Part shown: one piece after another, positions 19,943 to 29,988 of the stretch | How the letters are laid out: each line of letters opens with the position of its first letter | Position numbering within the stretch: position 1 is the stretch's first letter | IMG/VR virus record: IMGVR_UViG_3300028886_000001 | Origin: a virus | Taxonomy: Duplodnaviria; Caudoviricetes | DNA length: 64,000 bases | Strand: one strand, 5' to 3' | Translations under genes and position numbers: made by a program | The notes under the pieces: model-generated | The model's input: only the letters and a program-made list of their open reading frames with translations | The model's database searches: none | What the model was told of the DNA's origin: nothing

Positions 19943-21625
19943 TTAGAATTCTGGTACTCCTAATTGCTTCTCTGTTTCTGGTAATGCTAAAGTTAATGCA
20001 TATGCAGATTCTATAGCTTCTTTAGCAGATGTTCTTATATTCATGCCTCCTAAAGATACATAATGTGCTTTAGAGTTAGAATATTCTTTAAGTTCAGCAT
20101 TAGATTCATCAGTAAATGCTATCTTAGCTGTACATTGGTCTCCGTCATAGTCTCCTCCGATACCTTCTAGATATAGATTACATATTCTTAATGTATCTAC
20201 AAAAGAACTACTTGTATTAGTTCTTATATCTTCTTGCCTTATCTTTGGATAAAACTTATAATATTCATTACCTATAACCATAGGTTCTGTTTCTACAGTA
20301 GATGATACTTCTACTAATGTAGGGAATTGGTTAAAGTATGTATCCATAGGATAACGTGTGATTAATACATATTTGCCTTTTACAGCTTCTTTAGCAGCCC
20401 TAAATATTAAATCACACCAAGTTAAATCTCTATCTACTATACTGCTTTTACCTGTTAATTCTTTATCTAATTTTTCTGCATCACTTACATCTAATTCATT
20501 TAATCTTTCATTAATATGTCTTCCAACAAATCTCATATGTATTTTATACCCTTCTACAGATTCAACCTCTACTGGAATAAATCTATTAGAATAGCCATGG
20601 CAAAATCTATCTATTTCTTTTTTCAATCTAGCATCTGAGAATTGTTCTAATGGATCTTTTATTTGAACATTCTTTATACTTCCATCTTTATCTATCATTG
20701 GATACGATGCAGTACCTGAAAATTCATTTTCAAAGAAACGTCTTAAATAGAATATAATAAATGGGTATACATTACTACATAAAGATGCCAATGGTACAGC
20801 AGAATAGTCTAAGTTAACCATCATATCATCTACATGCTCTACTCTTAAATCTGGAGCAGATAGTACTAATCTAGATGCATAATCTGCTGTCTTAGACATA
20901 TTAGCTCTTCTTAATATACCATATTTCTTAGACATACCAGTACCATTCGAATCAGCATTTCCTGGCATTGAACCATCTACAAACCATTGATATATAGCAA
21001 GTAATGTTTCTTGTATTCTTCCATTAGTAGCATCTGATAAAGATATACCAAAGTCTTGTGTTTCTTTTTTACTCTTTACAGCCATTATAAGATTATCATA
21101 TAATTTATTTACATCTCCTAGAGAAACATAATGTCCATTATTGTTTACATCTCTATAATATGCTGGGATTACTATCATCTGTTTAATAAATAGCTTATCT
21201 CTAAATTTATTTAGATAAGCAACTTTATCATTATTCTTTATAGATGTAGTAGTCTTAAACTTAATCTTGTCTATATTTTGCTTTAAGAAGTTAATACCTG
21301 TTTTACCGTTCTCATCATCTACTATATTTCCTTTAGCATCTAATGACACCATTCTTTTACCATGAACTATATCTCTTACTCTTCCATCTATCGAATTCCA
21401 TATCTTATATGCAAATGGATGTAAGAACCAATCTGATAAATCTATATAAGCAAATATATTAGCTCTCTCTTCTTTAGTAATACCAAATATTTCATTAGAT
21501 AATAAACCATCATCAGTTGGTATTCCAGTAGAAGAGAAGTATATAGAATTTGTAATCTCCTTTAAATCATTAACCTTTATCAACTTATCTGGTTCTAAAG
21601 GTTCTATTTCTAAATATCTATCCAT
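19943..21625 (-). CDS. multisubunit RNA polymerase beta' subunit, N-terminal/catalytic part (probably virion RNAP)
   Basis: GLLSNEIFG, VIPAYYRD, TRYP and catalytic GGDYDGD motifs; late-type promoter at 21642-21653. Confidence 0.9.
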   Translation of the reverse strand: MDRYLEIEPLEPDKLIKVNDLKEITNSIYFSSTGIPTDDGLLSNEIFGITKEERANIFAYIDLSDWFLHPFAYKIWNSIDGRVRDIVHGKRMVSLDAKGNIVDDENGKTGINFLKQNIDKIKFKTTTSIKNNDKVAYLNKFRDKLFIKQMIVIPAYYRDVNNNGHYVSLGDVNKLYDNLIMAVKSKKETQDFGISLSDATNGRIQETLLAIYQWFVDGSMPGNADSNGTGMSKKYGILRRANMSKTADYASRLVLSAPDLRVEHVDDMMVNLDYSAVPLASLCSNVYPFIIFYLRRFFENEFSGTASYPMIDKDGSIKNVQIKDPLEQFSDARLKKEIDRFCHGYSNRFIPVEVESVEGYKIHMRFVGRHINERLNELDVSDAEKLDKELTGKSSIVDRDLTWCDLIFRAAKEAVKGKYVLITRYPMDTYFNQFPTLVEVSSTVETEPMVIGNEYYKFYPKIRQEDIRTNTSSSFVDTLRICNLYLEGIGGDYDGDQCTAKIAFTDESNAELKEYSNSKAHYVSLGGMNIRTSAKEAIESAYALTLALPETEKQLGVPEF

Positions 21626-21641
21626 ATTATAACCTCCTTTT

Positions 21642-21653
21642 TAATAAAATGTT
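21642..21653 (-). promoter_or_regulatory. late/nvRNAP-type promoter AACA-N6-TA (representative - strand copy)
   Basis: exact - strand copies at 3520-3531, 21642-21653, 24054-24065, 41618-41629, 42898-42909 and 45362-45373. Confidence 0.85.
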
Positions 21654-21683
21654 TAGGATAGATAGCATTTGCTATCTATCCTA
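21654..21683 (-). terminator. hairpin adjoining the RNAP-gene promoter
   Basis: TAGGATAGATAGCA / TGCTATCTATCCTA. Confidence 0.7.
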
Positions 21684-21972
21684 GTGTATTGTATTTTTCA
21701 CTTAATATTACATTCATAGTACTATCTACTATTGGTATAAATTGTATTGAGAATGTTATACCATATCTCGTATCTTCTACTCTTCTAAAGTCTTCTATGT
21801 ATTTAAACATAGCTTCTGGTGTTTCAAAACTTACATAATAATTCATTGGCGTATTCATTGTAATAGTGGTTTCTTCATAATTCCCGAATAAATCATACAT
21901 AACCATACCTTCAACAAAACAGTTCACTATTTCTTTTCCATAGTGTTTTTTAAAAAAGTCTTCTGTTGTCAT
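21676..21972 (-). CDS. hypothetical protein
   Basis: 98 aa; ATGA-coupled to the upstream ORF; GAGGAGG RBS. Confidence 0.75.
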   Translation of the reverse strand: MTTEDFFKKHYGKEIVNCFVEGMVMYDLFGNYEETTITMNTPMNYYVSFETPEAMFKYIEDFRRVEDTRYGITFSIQFIPIVDSTMNVILSEKYNTLG

Positions 21973-22148
21973 CTAGACATTGCCTCCTCTATTTGTTCTG
22001 CTGATTTTTTGGCTGCTATTTCTTTTTTACCATCATCTGACTCTAGCTTCTTGAATAGTTCTACATATAAGAAGTGGAATACTCTATATGGTATCTTATA
22101 CATTATATCATATAGCATAATCCTCCCCTTATAGTAGTCAGTAAACAT
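21969..22148 (-). CDS. 59 aa ORF, possible -1 frameshift extension of the upstream assembly protein
   Basis: MFTDYYKGRIMLYDIMYKIPYRVFHFLY...; fills the gap; frame stays open back through the end of the upstream gene. Confidence 0.65.
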   Translation of the reverse strand: MFTDYYKGRIMLYDIMYKIPYRVFHFLYVELFKKLESDDGKKEIAAKKSAEQIEEAMSR

Positions 22149-22150
22149 TT

Positions 22151-23644
22151 CTATTCTTGAGAGGTAGTCGCCAAAACTGCCAGCTGATGTCTGGTAAAAA
22201 GCATTTCTTGTGGTGACATTGCAGTTTCTGGTATAACTTTCTTACACTTAGCACATGTAGCTTCTGGTAATACATATGTCAAGTCTGATGATGCTGAATC
22301 ATCTAATTTATTTATATAAGCTTGTAATTGACCAAATTGATCTGAAGTTAATGTCTTTAATATTTTAGAGTATGTAACAATCTTACTCTTTAAAGTTTTA
22401 ACTTCATTATTTGGATATGTCTTAGCTTCTATTGGCACTAATGTTTGAGCATTTTGATCTATAACGTATAGAGAATCTATAAATACCATTAATGCTAGCA
22501 TATCTTGATATTTATTAGTAAACTTCTCATCTAAGATACTATTTTCAAATAGCATATTATATAGAGAAGGTTCTCTTAATGCTACAGCATATTTATCACT
22601 TAAAGGAACTATTTCTACATTGAATGTAGCATCTTCTTTAGATATTTTAGATCCGTCAAGGATATCTTTAACTCTTTGCTTTACTTTATCATTCTTATAT
22701 TTAACCATCTTTTCAAATGGAATATCATCTGATATTGTAACTTTATCACACTTAGAATCTGTACAAGAATAAGGAACAAAGTTAGAACCAGAGAAACAAG
22801 ACATATATATTCCAAACCATATATGATCTAAATCATAATAGTTTGTAGTTCTAAGCCAAGTTTCAAACACATCTGGTTTATCTTCACTTGTAATATGATC
22901 ATATATAAGCTTATATATTTGCTTTAGAGCTTGTCTTCTGCTTGTATTATAAGTTCTTATATTTAACTTTTCTATTTCATATCCAGCAAATTCTGAATAA
23001 CAAGCTGACTTGCCTGAATGATATAGTACCCATTCTGCTATAGTAGATTTCTTCTCTGGAGCAGATAATGCACTAGACATAGATACTGCTTTCTTAGATA
23101 TTGTAAAAGAAGATATATCAAAAGCTTTAGCTATTGGTTTAATCTTACTTCTGATTTGTAATTGCATATCCTTTAAAGATTTATCTCTTGAATCATCTTC
23201 TTCTTCATCTTCTTCTAATTCTTTAAAGTCTTCATCATCTAAATCTAATGATGTTTTTTCTATTACTTCTTCTTTAGTATGAATAGATATATCATCATCA
23301 TATTCATCATTAGATACTGTTTCTACAGTCTTATGTGTTTCTTCTGTATTTGTATTATCATCAGTATCTTCTCCATCTATTTCTGCTTCAAGATCCATCA
23401 TAGCTTTTTTATCTCTTAAATATTTTTGATTTAGTTCTTCTTCCATTTTAATTCTAGCTAGTTGTCCTTGTAGAGCATCCATTGGATTACCATCAGCGTG
23501 ATATGCATCTAATGGATCTTTCTTTGGAGCTTCTTTTCTTGGTGGAACTATTGAAGATATACTTACTTCTTTTGGTTCACTTTGATTAGACTTTGCATTT
23601 TTTAAGTCATTGATTGAAATATTATTTGTTGTATTATCTGACAT
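22151..23644 (-). CDS. baseplate hub / tail assembly protein (T4 gp26-like) with acidic N-terminal region
   Basis: two Cys pairs (CTDSKC, CAKC), LREPS motif; follows a gp25-like gene. Confidence 0.6.
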   Translation of the reverse strand: MSDNTTNNISINDLKNAKSNQSEPKEVSISSIVPPRKEAPKKDPLDAYHADGNPMDALQGQLARIKMEEELNQKYLRDKKAMMDLEAEIDGEDTDDNTNTEETHKTVETVSNDEYDDDISIHTKEEVIEKTSLDLDDEDFKELEEDEEEDDSRDKSLKDMQLQIRSKIKPIAKAFDISSFTISKKAVSMSSALSAPEKKSTIAEWVLYHSGKSACYSEFAGYEIEKLNIRTYNTSRRQALKQIYKLIYDHITSEDKPDVFETWLRTTNYYDLDHIWFGIYMSCFSGSNFVPYSCTDSKCDKVTISDDIPFEKMVKYKNDKVKQRVKDILDGSKISKEDATFNVEIVPLSDKYAVALREPSLYNMLFENSILDEKFTNKYQDMLALMVFIDSLYVIDQNAQTLVPIEAKTYPNNEVKTLKSKIVTYSKILKTLTSDQFGQLQAYINKLDDSASSDLTYVLPEATCAKCKKVIPETAMSPQEMLFTRHQLAVLATTSQE

Positions 23645-23658
23645 TTAAGTTGCCTCCT

Positions 23659-24027
23659 TTATAAATCTGATAATTTTAATGTAGTACCATCTGATACAAA
23701 AGAATAAACCATTGTAGTAGATGATATAGTTATAAATACAACTTTGTTATTTAGACTATCAGTTCCCATTTTACATTTTACTGAGCTTAAAAGGAATTCA
23801 GGATAATAGTCTGTTATCTGTTGTTCTATGGTAGATTCTAGATCCATAAGCATATTGTCTCCAGAATATCTCCATCTAGTATTAATACCCACACCCATAT
23901 CAGGATGATTTGGATAAGTGCCAGGTTCTAATAATATAAGCCTGGTTAAAAATAAGCATTCTGCTTCGTATCCGTCGAGATGTGCAGGTTCGTTAAAGTT
24001 ATTTGTACTCATTAAATATTCTCTCAT
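23659..24027 (-). CDS. baseplate wedge / sheath initiator (gp25-like)
   Basis: LILLEPGTYPNHPDMGVGI motif; 122 aa. Confidence 0.75.
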   Translation of the reverse strand: MREYLMSTNNFNEPAHLDGYEAECLFLTRLILLEPGTYPNHPDMGVGINTRWRYSGDNMLMDLESTIEQQITDYYPEFLLSSVKCKMGTDSLNNKVVFITISSTTMVYSFVSDGTTLKLSDL

Positions 24028-24152
24028 TCTATTTAACCCCCTTTGTATTCGACTATTATTTTGTTTAATGTATTTTTTTATACTTTAATTCATTTACATA
24101 AGTTAAAATAACAAAAACATCTAATTAAATTGATATAAGGAGGTAATATATT

Positions 24153-26756
24153 ATGATAATAAATGAATCTTCTTCAGAGAGAAAGTTTAAGTGTCCTTAT
24201 TGTAATTATAAAGGTACAAGAGAAAGATTAGTATCTCATGTGGAGAATAATCACAAAGAAATGATACCAGAAGGATATACAGCAGCCAGAGTTGTATTCA
24301 ATAGCATAAATCATAAAGAGGTTGGACATTGTGTTCAATGTAAAGTAAATGAGACTAAATGGAATGAAGATACGTGGAGATACGAAAGATTTTGTTCTGA
24401 TAAGTGTAGAGATGCATATGTAAAAATGGCTAAAGAAAGAATGATTAAGAAGTATGGTAAAATTAATCTTCTTAATGATGAAGAACAACAAAAGAAGATG
24501 TTAGCTAATAGAAGAATATCAGGCACATACAAATTCAGAGATGGAGGAGAAAGAACTTATTGTGGTTCTTATGAGAAGAAAACATTAGAATTCTATGATA
24601 AGGTTTTAAATGTTCCATCTAAAGATATAATGACACCTGGTCCTACAGTAATATATGACTATGAAGGCGAGAAACATAAGTGGATAACTGATATATATTA
24701 TATACCTTTTAATCTAGTACATGATATAAAAGATGGTGGAAGCAACCCTAATAAGAGAAAGATGGATGAATATAGAGCTAAACAATCTGCTAAAGAAGAA
24801 GCTATAGTAAAACAAAAACAATATAATTATATAAGACTTACAGATAATAACTTCTCTCAGTTATTATTGATTTTAGCTGAATTGAAAGAGCAAATGATAG
24901 ATGACTCAGATAATAAGACAGAAAGGATAGTCGCTATTAATGAGACATCGGTAAATTCTAAATTAGATCCTAATTTTAAGAAAGGATCTAAATATAGTAT
25001 ATCATCTTATAAGAAGATAGATATATCTGATAAAATTATAAAACAATATAAACCAAAATACAAAGAGTTGAAACATATAAGAATTGGTGGGACTTATAAA
25101 GGATACTTATATATAGATAAAGATGAATTAGTAGCTTTATTAAATGTAGATACAGAAAAGAAAGAGATACAAGCATTAGAAATCATGAATAAATATAAAG
25201 GTCATGGGTTATCAAAGCAATTATTAGATATAGCTACTAATGATTTACAAGCAAATTCATTATGGGTAAATAAAAATAATGAAGTGGCTTTAAATATATA
25301 TTCTAAATACGGGTTTAAAGAAGTGTCATCATCAGGATTGATGATAAAAATGCAATTAAAAGATACTATTAATGAAAATAATAAGAAGTATGAATATGAA
25401 ACTGGTATAGATATATTAGAACCTAGGATGGATCTAAATAAAGCTACAAGATATGATGCTACAGATGAGAATAGAATATACTATCATATACCTAAGAGGA
25501 AATTAAAGACTGGAGATAAGTATAAAGGATTTATATATGTAGATAAACTTTCTTTAGTAGGATTTATAAATGTATTTATGGAGTCTCACTTTATAGATAA
25601 TCTAGAAGTATATTCTCCATATGAAGGCATGGGTATAATACCACAAATGATATCTCAAGCTGTAAAAGAATTAGGTGCTAGAAATATTACTGTAAGGAGA
25701 AGTAATAAAGCTCTTGCTGAATTTGTAAAAGCTTTAGGATTTGAGAAATATAGACATACTTCTACTATGGATTACTATACTATTAAGGATACTAATAATG
25801 AAGCATGTGCTGCCGTAATGGCTGCTATACCACCATTAAATCCTAATATATATGTAGCTGGATATCCTGCTCCTAATGTATTTACTAAAGCTTTAGAATT
25901 ATGTACTGATAAATATGGTACTAATACAGTAAAGTATAAAGATGGTAAGCTTAAGAAGTCAAAGATATCTATAGATGATAATGTACAGCTATATAAATAT
26001 AAAGGTAAGAGAAATATAAATAAAATAGTAAAAGAAATATATGAAGATATGAATAATGGTATAGAAGTAGAACCTTCATATATTTATGAAGCTATTACTG
26101 GAAGAATAATGATGACGCCAGATCAAATAGAATATGATGAAGACTTTGAAAAAGTAAATGATGGATTTACTGAAGCTAAATATAAGTCTCAAATAGAATG
26201 TGCTACTTTAGTTCATCAGTTTATACATGAATTAACTAAGACTGATTTTAAATTTGACATAGTAGATTATATATTAAAAGATAAAGCAGATGAAATATTG
26301 AAAGATTATGATAATCTTACAATAAGACAAGATGGCGTTGGTAGATTCATGGTAATCAATAAGCTAGATGGAAAGTGTAGTAACTTTTATTATACTTTAG
26401 ATGAAATACCAAGAAATATACTACCAGATTTAAATGAACCACCTAAAGATAGACCAGATATGATAGAAGAAGATGTAAAGGTATTGACTAAGAATGATTT
26501 TAATCTTCCTATATATGATGCTAAGCTTTTAAAGAAGAAAGATAATATACTTCATGACTATCATAATCTAGATATAGTGCAAAATAGTGTAGGTAGATTT
26601 ATGGTGATTAATAATAAGAATAACAAAGTAAGTCCATATTATGATGATATGGATGATATACCAGAAGGTATGCTTAGAGAATTAAATAAAGGAGATGGAG
26701 ATAGTGGCAATATACAATATGAAGAACCAAAAAGAATTGGAAAACAAGGAGAATAA
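24153..26756 (+). CDS. multidomain late protein: zinc fingers, PD-(D/E)xK-like nuclease, two GNAT domains, duplicated C-terminal module
   Basis: CPYC..H..H, CVQC/FCSDKC, TDIY..DIKDG; YKGHGLSKQLL..N..A..IYSKYGF; YEGMGI..N..LGF. Confidence 0.7.
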   Translation: MIINESSSERKFKCPYCNYKGTRERLVSHVENNHKEMIPEGYTAARVVFNSINHKEVGHCVQCKVNETKWNEDTWRYERFCSDKCRDAYVKMAKERMIKKYGKINLLNDEEQQKKMLANRRISGTYKFRDGGERTYCGSYEKKTLEFYDKVLNVPSKDIMTPGPTVIYDYEGEKHKWITDIYYIPFNLVHDIKDGGSNPNKRKMDEYRAKQSAKEEAIVKQKQYNYIRLTDNNFSQLLLILAELKEQMIDDSDNKTERIVAINETSVNSKLDPNFKKGSKYSISSYKKIDISDKIIKQYKPKYKELKHIRIGGTYKGYLYIDKDELVALLNVDTEKKEIQALEIMNKYKGHGLSKQLLDIATNDLQANSLWVNKNNEVALNIYSKYGFKEVSSSGLMIKMQLKDTINENNKKYEYETGIDILEPRMDLNKATRYDATDENRIYYHIPKRKLKTGDKYKGFIYVDKLSLVGFINVFMESHFIDNLEVYSPYEGMGIIPQMISQAVKELGARNITVRRSNKALAEFVKALGFEKYRHTSTMDYYTIKDTNNEACAAVMAAIPPLNPNIYVAGYPAPNVFTKALELCTDKYGTNTVKYKDGKLKKSKISIDDNVQLYKYKGKRNINKIVKEIYEDMNNGIEVEPSYIYEAITGRIMMTPDQIEYDEDFEKVNDGFTEAKYKSQIECATLVHQFIHELTKTDFKFDIVDYILKDKADEILKDYDNLTIRQDGVGRFMVINKLDGKCSNFYYTLDEIPRNILPDLNEPPKDRPDMIEEDVKVLTKNDFNLPIYDAKLLKKKDNILHDYHNLDIVQNSVGRFMVINNKNNKVSPYYDDMDDIPEGMLRELNKGDGDSGNIQYEEPKRIGKQGE

Positions 26757-28482
26757 ACAAGAGCCTATTATAAAGAAAACTCCTATCAAAGAAGATACAA
26801 AAATATTATCAGAAAAAGAATTTCAAATACAACTAGAATCAGCTATGAATATGAATACACTAGCTAAGCCATTAGATGAATCTATATCATTAATCAATAA
26901 GTATAAAGAGTCTAATAATATATTAGGATTATATGAAGAATTATCTAAATTATCTAAGATAAAGACTAATTCTATATATGAAGATTCTGTTATATCTAAA
27001 ACCATAAGAGATGCTAAACCCAAGTTTGATTGTAATATAAATAGTATATTTGATTATGTAAATGATTTACCATACTTCTTACCAGAAGAGATGGAAGATA
27101 TGGATATAACTATAGATAGCAATGGATTAGATTTAGGTAATGATGTATCTTTGAAAGAATGGTACAATAAATATAAAGCTACATGTTTATTAGGAAGTGT
27201 AAATGAATATAGTTCTTTATGGGTTAATAAACTTAAAGAGCTTTATTCAGATTATGATAAGATATTAGAATGTGGTAATGATGATAAAATAGAACAGAGA
27301 AGACTAGATATACTTAAATTAGGATGGAATCCAGAATTGCCTTTTACTATAAAGACTAGACAGATGGTTACAGAAAGGACAAGAAATAAATTAAAAGCTA
27401 GATGTAATGATTGTTGCATAGATATATCTGAAAGTTTTAAAGATGTATCTGATAATGATATAGTATTAGAAGGAAAGTCTTCTTATAGAGAACCATTGTT
27501 TGTAGCATTAAGTTATAGTGGATATGCTTTTAGTAATCTTATAAAAGTTTATACTCATTCTAAGTATTCACATGCTGCATTAGGGTTATCTTCAGATTTA
27601 AAACAATTATATTCTTTTAATCTAAATGATGGAAGTAGAGGATTCTCTGTAGAAGGAATAGACTCTTATAGGAAGATAAATGATAAAAGCGAAATAGCAG
27701 TATTTGTTACTTTTATACCTAAATATAAATTCCAACAAGTAAAAGCTAAGATAAACGATTTTGTAAAGAATATAGATAAGACAAGTTATAGTGTTTTAAA
27801 TATATTAGGATTAGCTGCTGGAGTAAATATAGAAAGAGAAAAAAGTATGATATGCTCTCAATTTGTAGATACTATATTAAAATCTATAAATATAAATGTA
27901 ACAGATAAGCCATCTGGTATAGTTACTCCTGCAGATATATATAATAATGCAGGTAAACTTATGTATAAAGTATATGACGGTCCAGTAACTAAATATAGTA
28001 AAGCTAAAGTAGATAGCATAATTCATAAGATAGAAAATAGTTTATCCATACATGAAGCAGTATTTATGAATGTAAAATCAACTCCAATAACTTTTGATGA
28101 AGATGGTAATCTTCTTATAAAGAATATGAAGAAGTTGGATTATGAAGCAGAGTATTCTAAGTGTCATAAGTTATTAGTATCATATGAAAAGACTAATAAT
28201 ATAGAAGGAATGAAGTATGAGTTATGTAAACTATGGTTTATGAATACTTTATTAGAAAAGAAGATATATAATAATAAGAAAGATGATAAGACTAAATATC
28301 ATAAAGCAAGAGCTAAGATACTAAATGATTTCAATTATTATCTTAAATATGTATGTAAACATGATAAAGACTTTAATTTTACAGAGTATTATAATAATAC
28401 TCCATTCTCAGATGCAGCTACTAAAATAGATAAACATACACTAAAGTATGGAGTTAGACTAATTAAATCTATATTAATATAA
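26695..28482 (+). CDS. late protein with internal permuted papain-like (YiiX/YebB-type NlpC/P60) domain
   Basis: SKYSHAALG (His) precedes MICSQFV (Cys), then VTPADI; true start may be GTG 26704. Confidence 0.75.
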   Translation: MEIVAIYNMKNQKELENKENKQEPIIKKTPIKEDTKILSEKEFQIQLESAMNMNTLAKPLDESISLINKYKESNNILGLYEELSKLSKIKTNSIYEDSVISKTIRDAKPKFDCNINSIFDYVNDLPYFLPEEMEDMDITIDSNGLDLGNDVSLKEWYNKYKATCLLGSVNEYSSLWVNKLKELYSDYDKILECGNDDKIEQRRLDILKLGWNPELPFTIKTRQMVTERTRNKLKARCNDCCIDISESFKDVSDNDIVLEGKSSYREPLFVALSYSGYAFSNLIKVYTHSKYSHAALGLSSDLKQLYSFNLNDGSRGFSVEGIDSYRKINDKSEIAVFVTFIPKYKFQQVKAKINDFVKNIDKTSYSVLNILGLAAGVNIEREKSMICSQFVDTILKSININVTDKPSGIVTPADIYNNAGKLMYKVYDGPVTKYSKAKVDSIIHKIENSLSIHEAVFMNVKSTPITFDEDGNLLIKNMKKLDYEAEYSKCHKLLVSYEKTNNIEGMKYELCKLWFMNTLLEKKIYNNKKDDKTKYHKARAKILNDFNYYLKYVCKHDKDFNFTEYYNNTPFSDAATKIDKHTLKYGVRLIKSILI

Positions 28483-28488
28483 TCTTAA

Positions 28489-28514
28489 AGACCTAGTGAG
28501 AAATCACTAGGTCT
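28489..28514 (+). terminator. intrinsic terminator
   Basis: AGACCTAGTGA-gaaa-TCACTAGGTCT plus T run. Confidence 0.85.
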
Positions 28515-28651
28515 ATTTTTTTACGTTAAATATAACTTACGAGTGTTAAAAGAATAATAGAACTTCATATGTTCTAATATATTTTTTAATTATATATTAT
28601 ACATGTGATTACAATGTAATCATAAAATTTATTTTAAGGAGGTTGATCTAA

Positions 28652-28813
28652 ATGATCAATGTTAAAAGATTAGAATGGTTTAAAAACGGAGGAGTTGAAG
28701 AACAATTTGAATGTATGAACGACATCACACAAATGTATGAAGAGATTGCTAAATCTATAAGACGTAAACTACTTGAAAGGTATAGCTATTTATCTGATAT
28801 AGTTATACATTAA
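28652..28813 (+). CDS. small early protein (53 aa; not in the ORF track)
   Basis: early motif at 28588, AAGGAGG RBS; MINVKRLEWFKNGGVEEQF...VIH. Confidence 0.75.
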   Translation: MINVKRLEWFKNGGVEEQFECMNDITQMYEEIAKSIRRKLLERYSYLSDIVIH

Positions 28814-28907
28814 ATCGCTAGTAATAATTTATTATGAAAACGTATATATATAGAGCCACATGTCTGGCTCTATTTTTTTTAAAATATAATTTAAAGGAGA
28901 AAAAATA

Positions 28908-29936
28908 ATGATTAAGTTAATAAGTAATGATGAGAAAAAATTAGCAGAATTGGCAAAGAGGAATACTTATATTATACGATATATAGAAAACCCTACAGAA
29001 GATATGCAGTTAGATTTTGTACGTAAAATTGGTTATAATATACAAGGTATAAAAAACCCTACAGAAAAAGTAAAATTAGAAGCGGTAAAACAAAATGGTT
29101 CTTCTATAAAATATATAAAAAAACCTTCAAAAGAAGTACAATTAGCAGCCGTAAGGGAAGATGGCTATGCTATAGAATATATAAGTGATCCATCAGAAGA
29201 GATACAATTAGAAGCGGTAAAACAAAATGGTTCTTCTATAAAATATATAAAAAACCCTTCAAAAGAAGTACAATTAGAAGCAGTTAAACAAAATGGCTAT
29301 GCTATACAATATATAAGCGATCCATCAGAAGAAGTACAATTAGAAGCGGTAAAACGAAATGGATGTGTTATAGAATATATAGAAAACCCATCAGAAGAAG
29401 TACAATTAGCTGCTATAAAACGAGATAGTTATATTATACGATGTATAAATGAACCTTCAGAAGAGATACAATTAGCTGCCGTAAAACGAAATGGATGTGT
29501 TATAGAATATATAGAAAACCCATCAGAAGAAGTACAATTAGAAGCAGTTAAACAAAATTGCTGTGCTATAGAATATATAAGCGATCCATCAGAAGAAGTA
29601 CAATTAGAAGCAGTTAAACAACGATACCCACATGTAGTAGAAAATATTAAAATAAAATTATGTGAAAAAGCGACTGATTATCTTATAAATAATCCTATAG
29701 AGATGTATAAGATTACTAATAATATGTATGTCTTTAAAACAACAGGAAGAGATGTTGTATGTGAATATAAAGATAATCAATGGTATTATAGTTTAGGATG
29801 TCAGTATAATATAACAAAAGATGTATTTATTGATAGAATATATAATGATGGAGAAGGTGATCCTGATAAGTTCCCACATAGAAAACAGTATTTAGAAGTT
29901 ATAGATTATGTAGAAAATTTGGATATGAATAAGTAA
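28908..29936 (+). CDS. 22-aa tandem repeat protein (DUF4116-like)
   Basis: about 11 repeats of EEVQLEAVKQNGYAIEYIxxPS; unique C-terminal domain. Confidence 0.85.
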   Translation: MIKLISNDEKKLAELAKRNTYIIRYIENPTEDMQLDFVRKIGYNIQGIKNPTEKVKLEAVKQNGSSIKYIKKPSKEVQLAAVREDGYAIEYISDPSEEIQLEAVKQNGSSIKYIKNPSKEVQLEAVKQNGYAIQYISDPSEEVQLEAVKRNGCVIEYIENPSEEVQLAAIKRDSYIIRCINEPSEEIQLAAVKRNGCVIEYIENPSEEVQLEAVKQNCCAIEYISDPSEEVQLEAVKQRYPHVVENIKIKLCEKATDYLINNPIEMYKITNNMYVFKTTGRDVVCEYKDNQWYYSLGCQYNITKDVFIDRIYNDGEGDPDKFPHRKQYLEVIDYVENLDMNK

Positions 29937-29988
29937 TATAATTATATATTATATAGAAGTAATATAAATATTAATGGAGGGAATTAAA

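Noticed and set aside
19789-20016. + strand 75-aa ORF
   Set aside because: Crosses a terminator and overlaps the RNAP gene; the promoter and RBS signals here are on the - strand
19943-21625. Intron or intein in the RNAP gene, as in AR9
   Set aside because: Continuous ORF of expected size with no splicing or homing-endonuclease motifs
28908-29640. 66-nt repeats as a CRISPR array or DGR template
   Set aside because: In-frame coding repeats with no unique spacers; no cas or reverse transcriptase gene in the window
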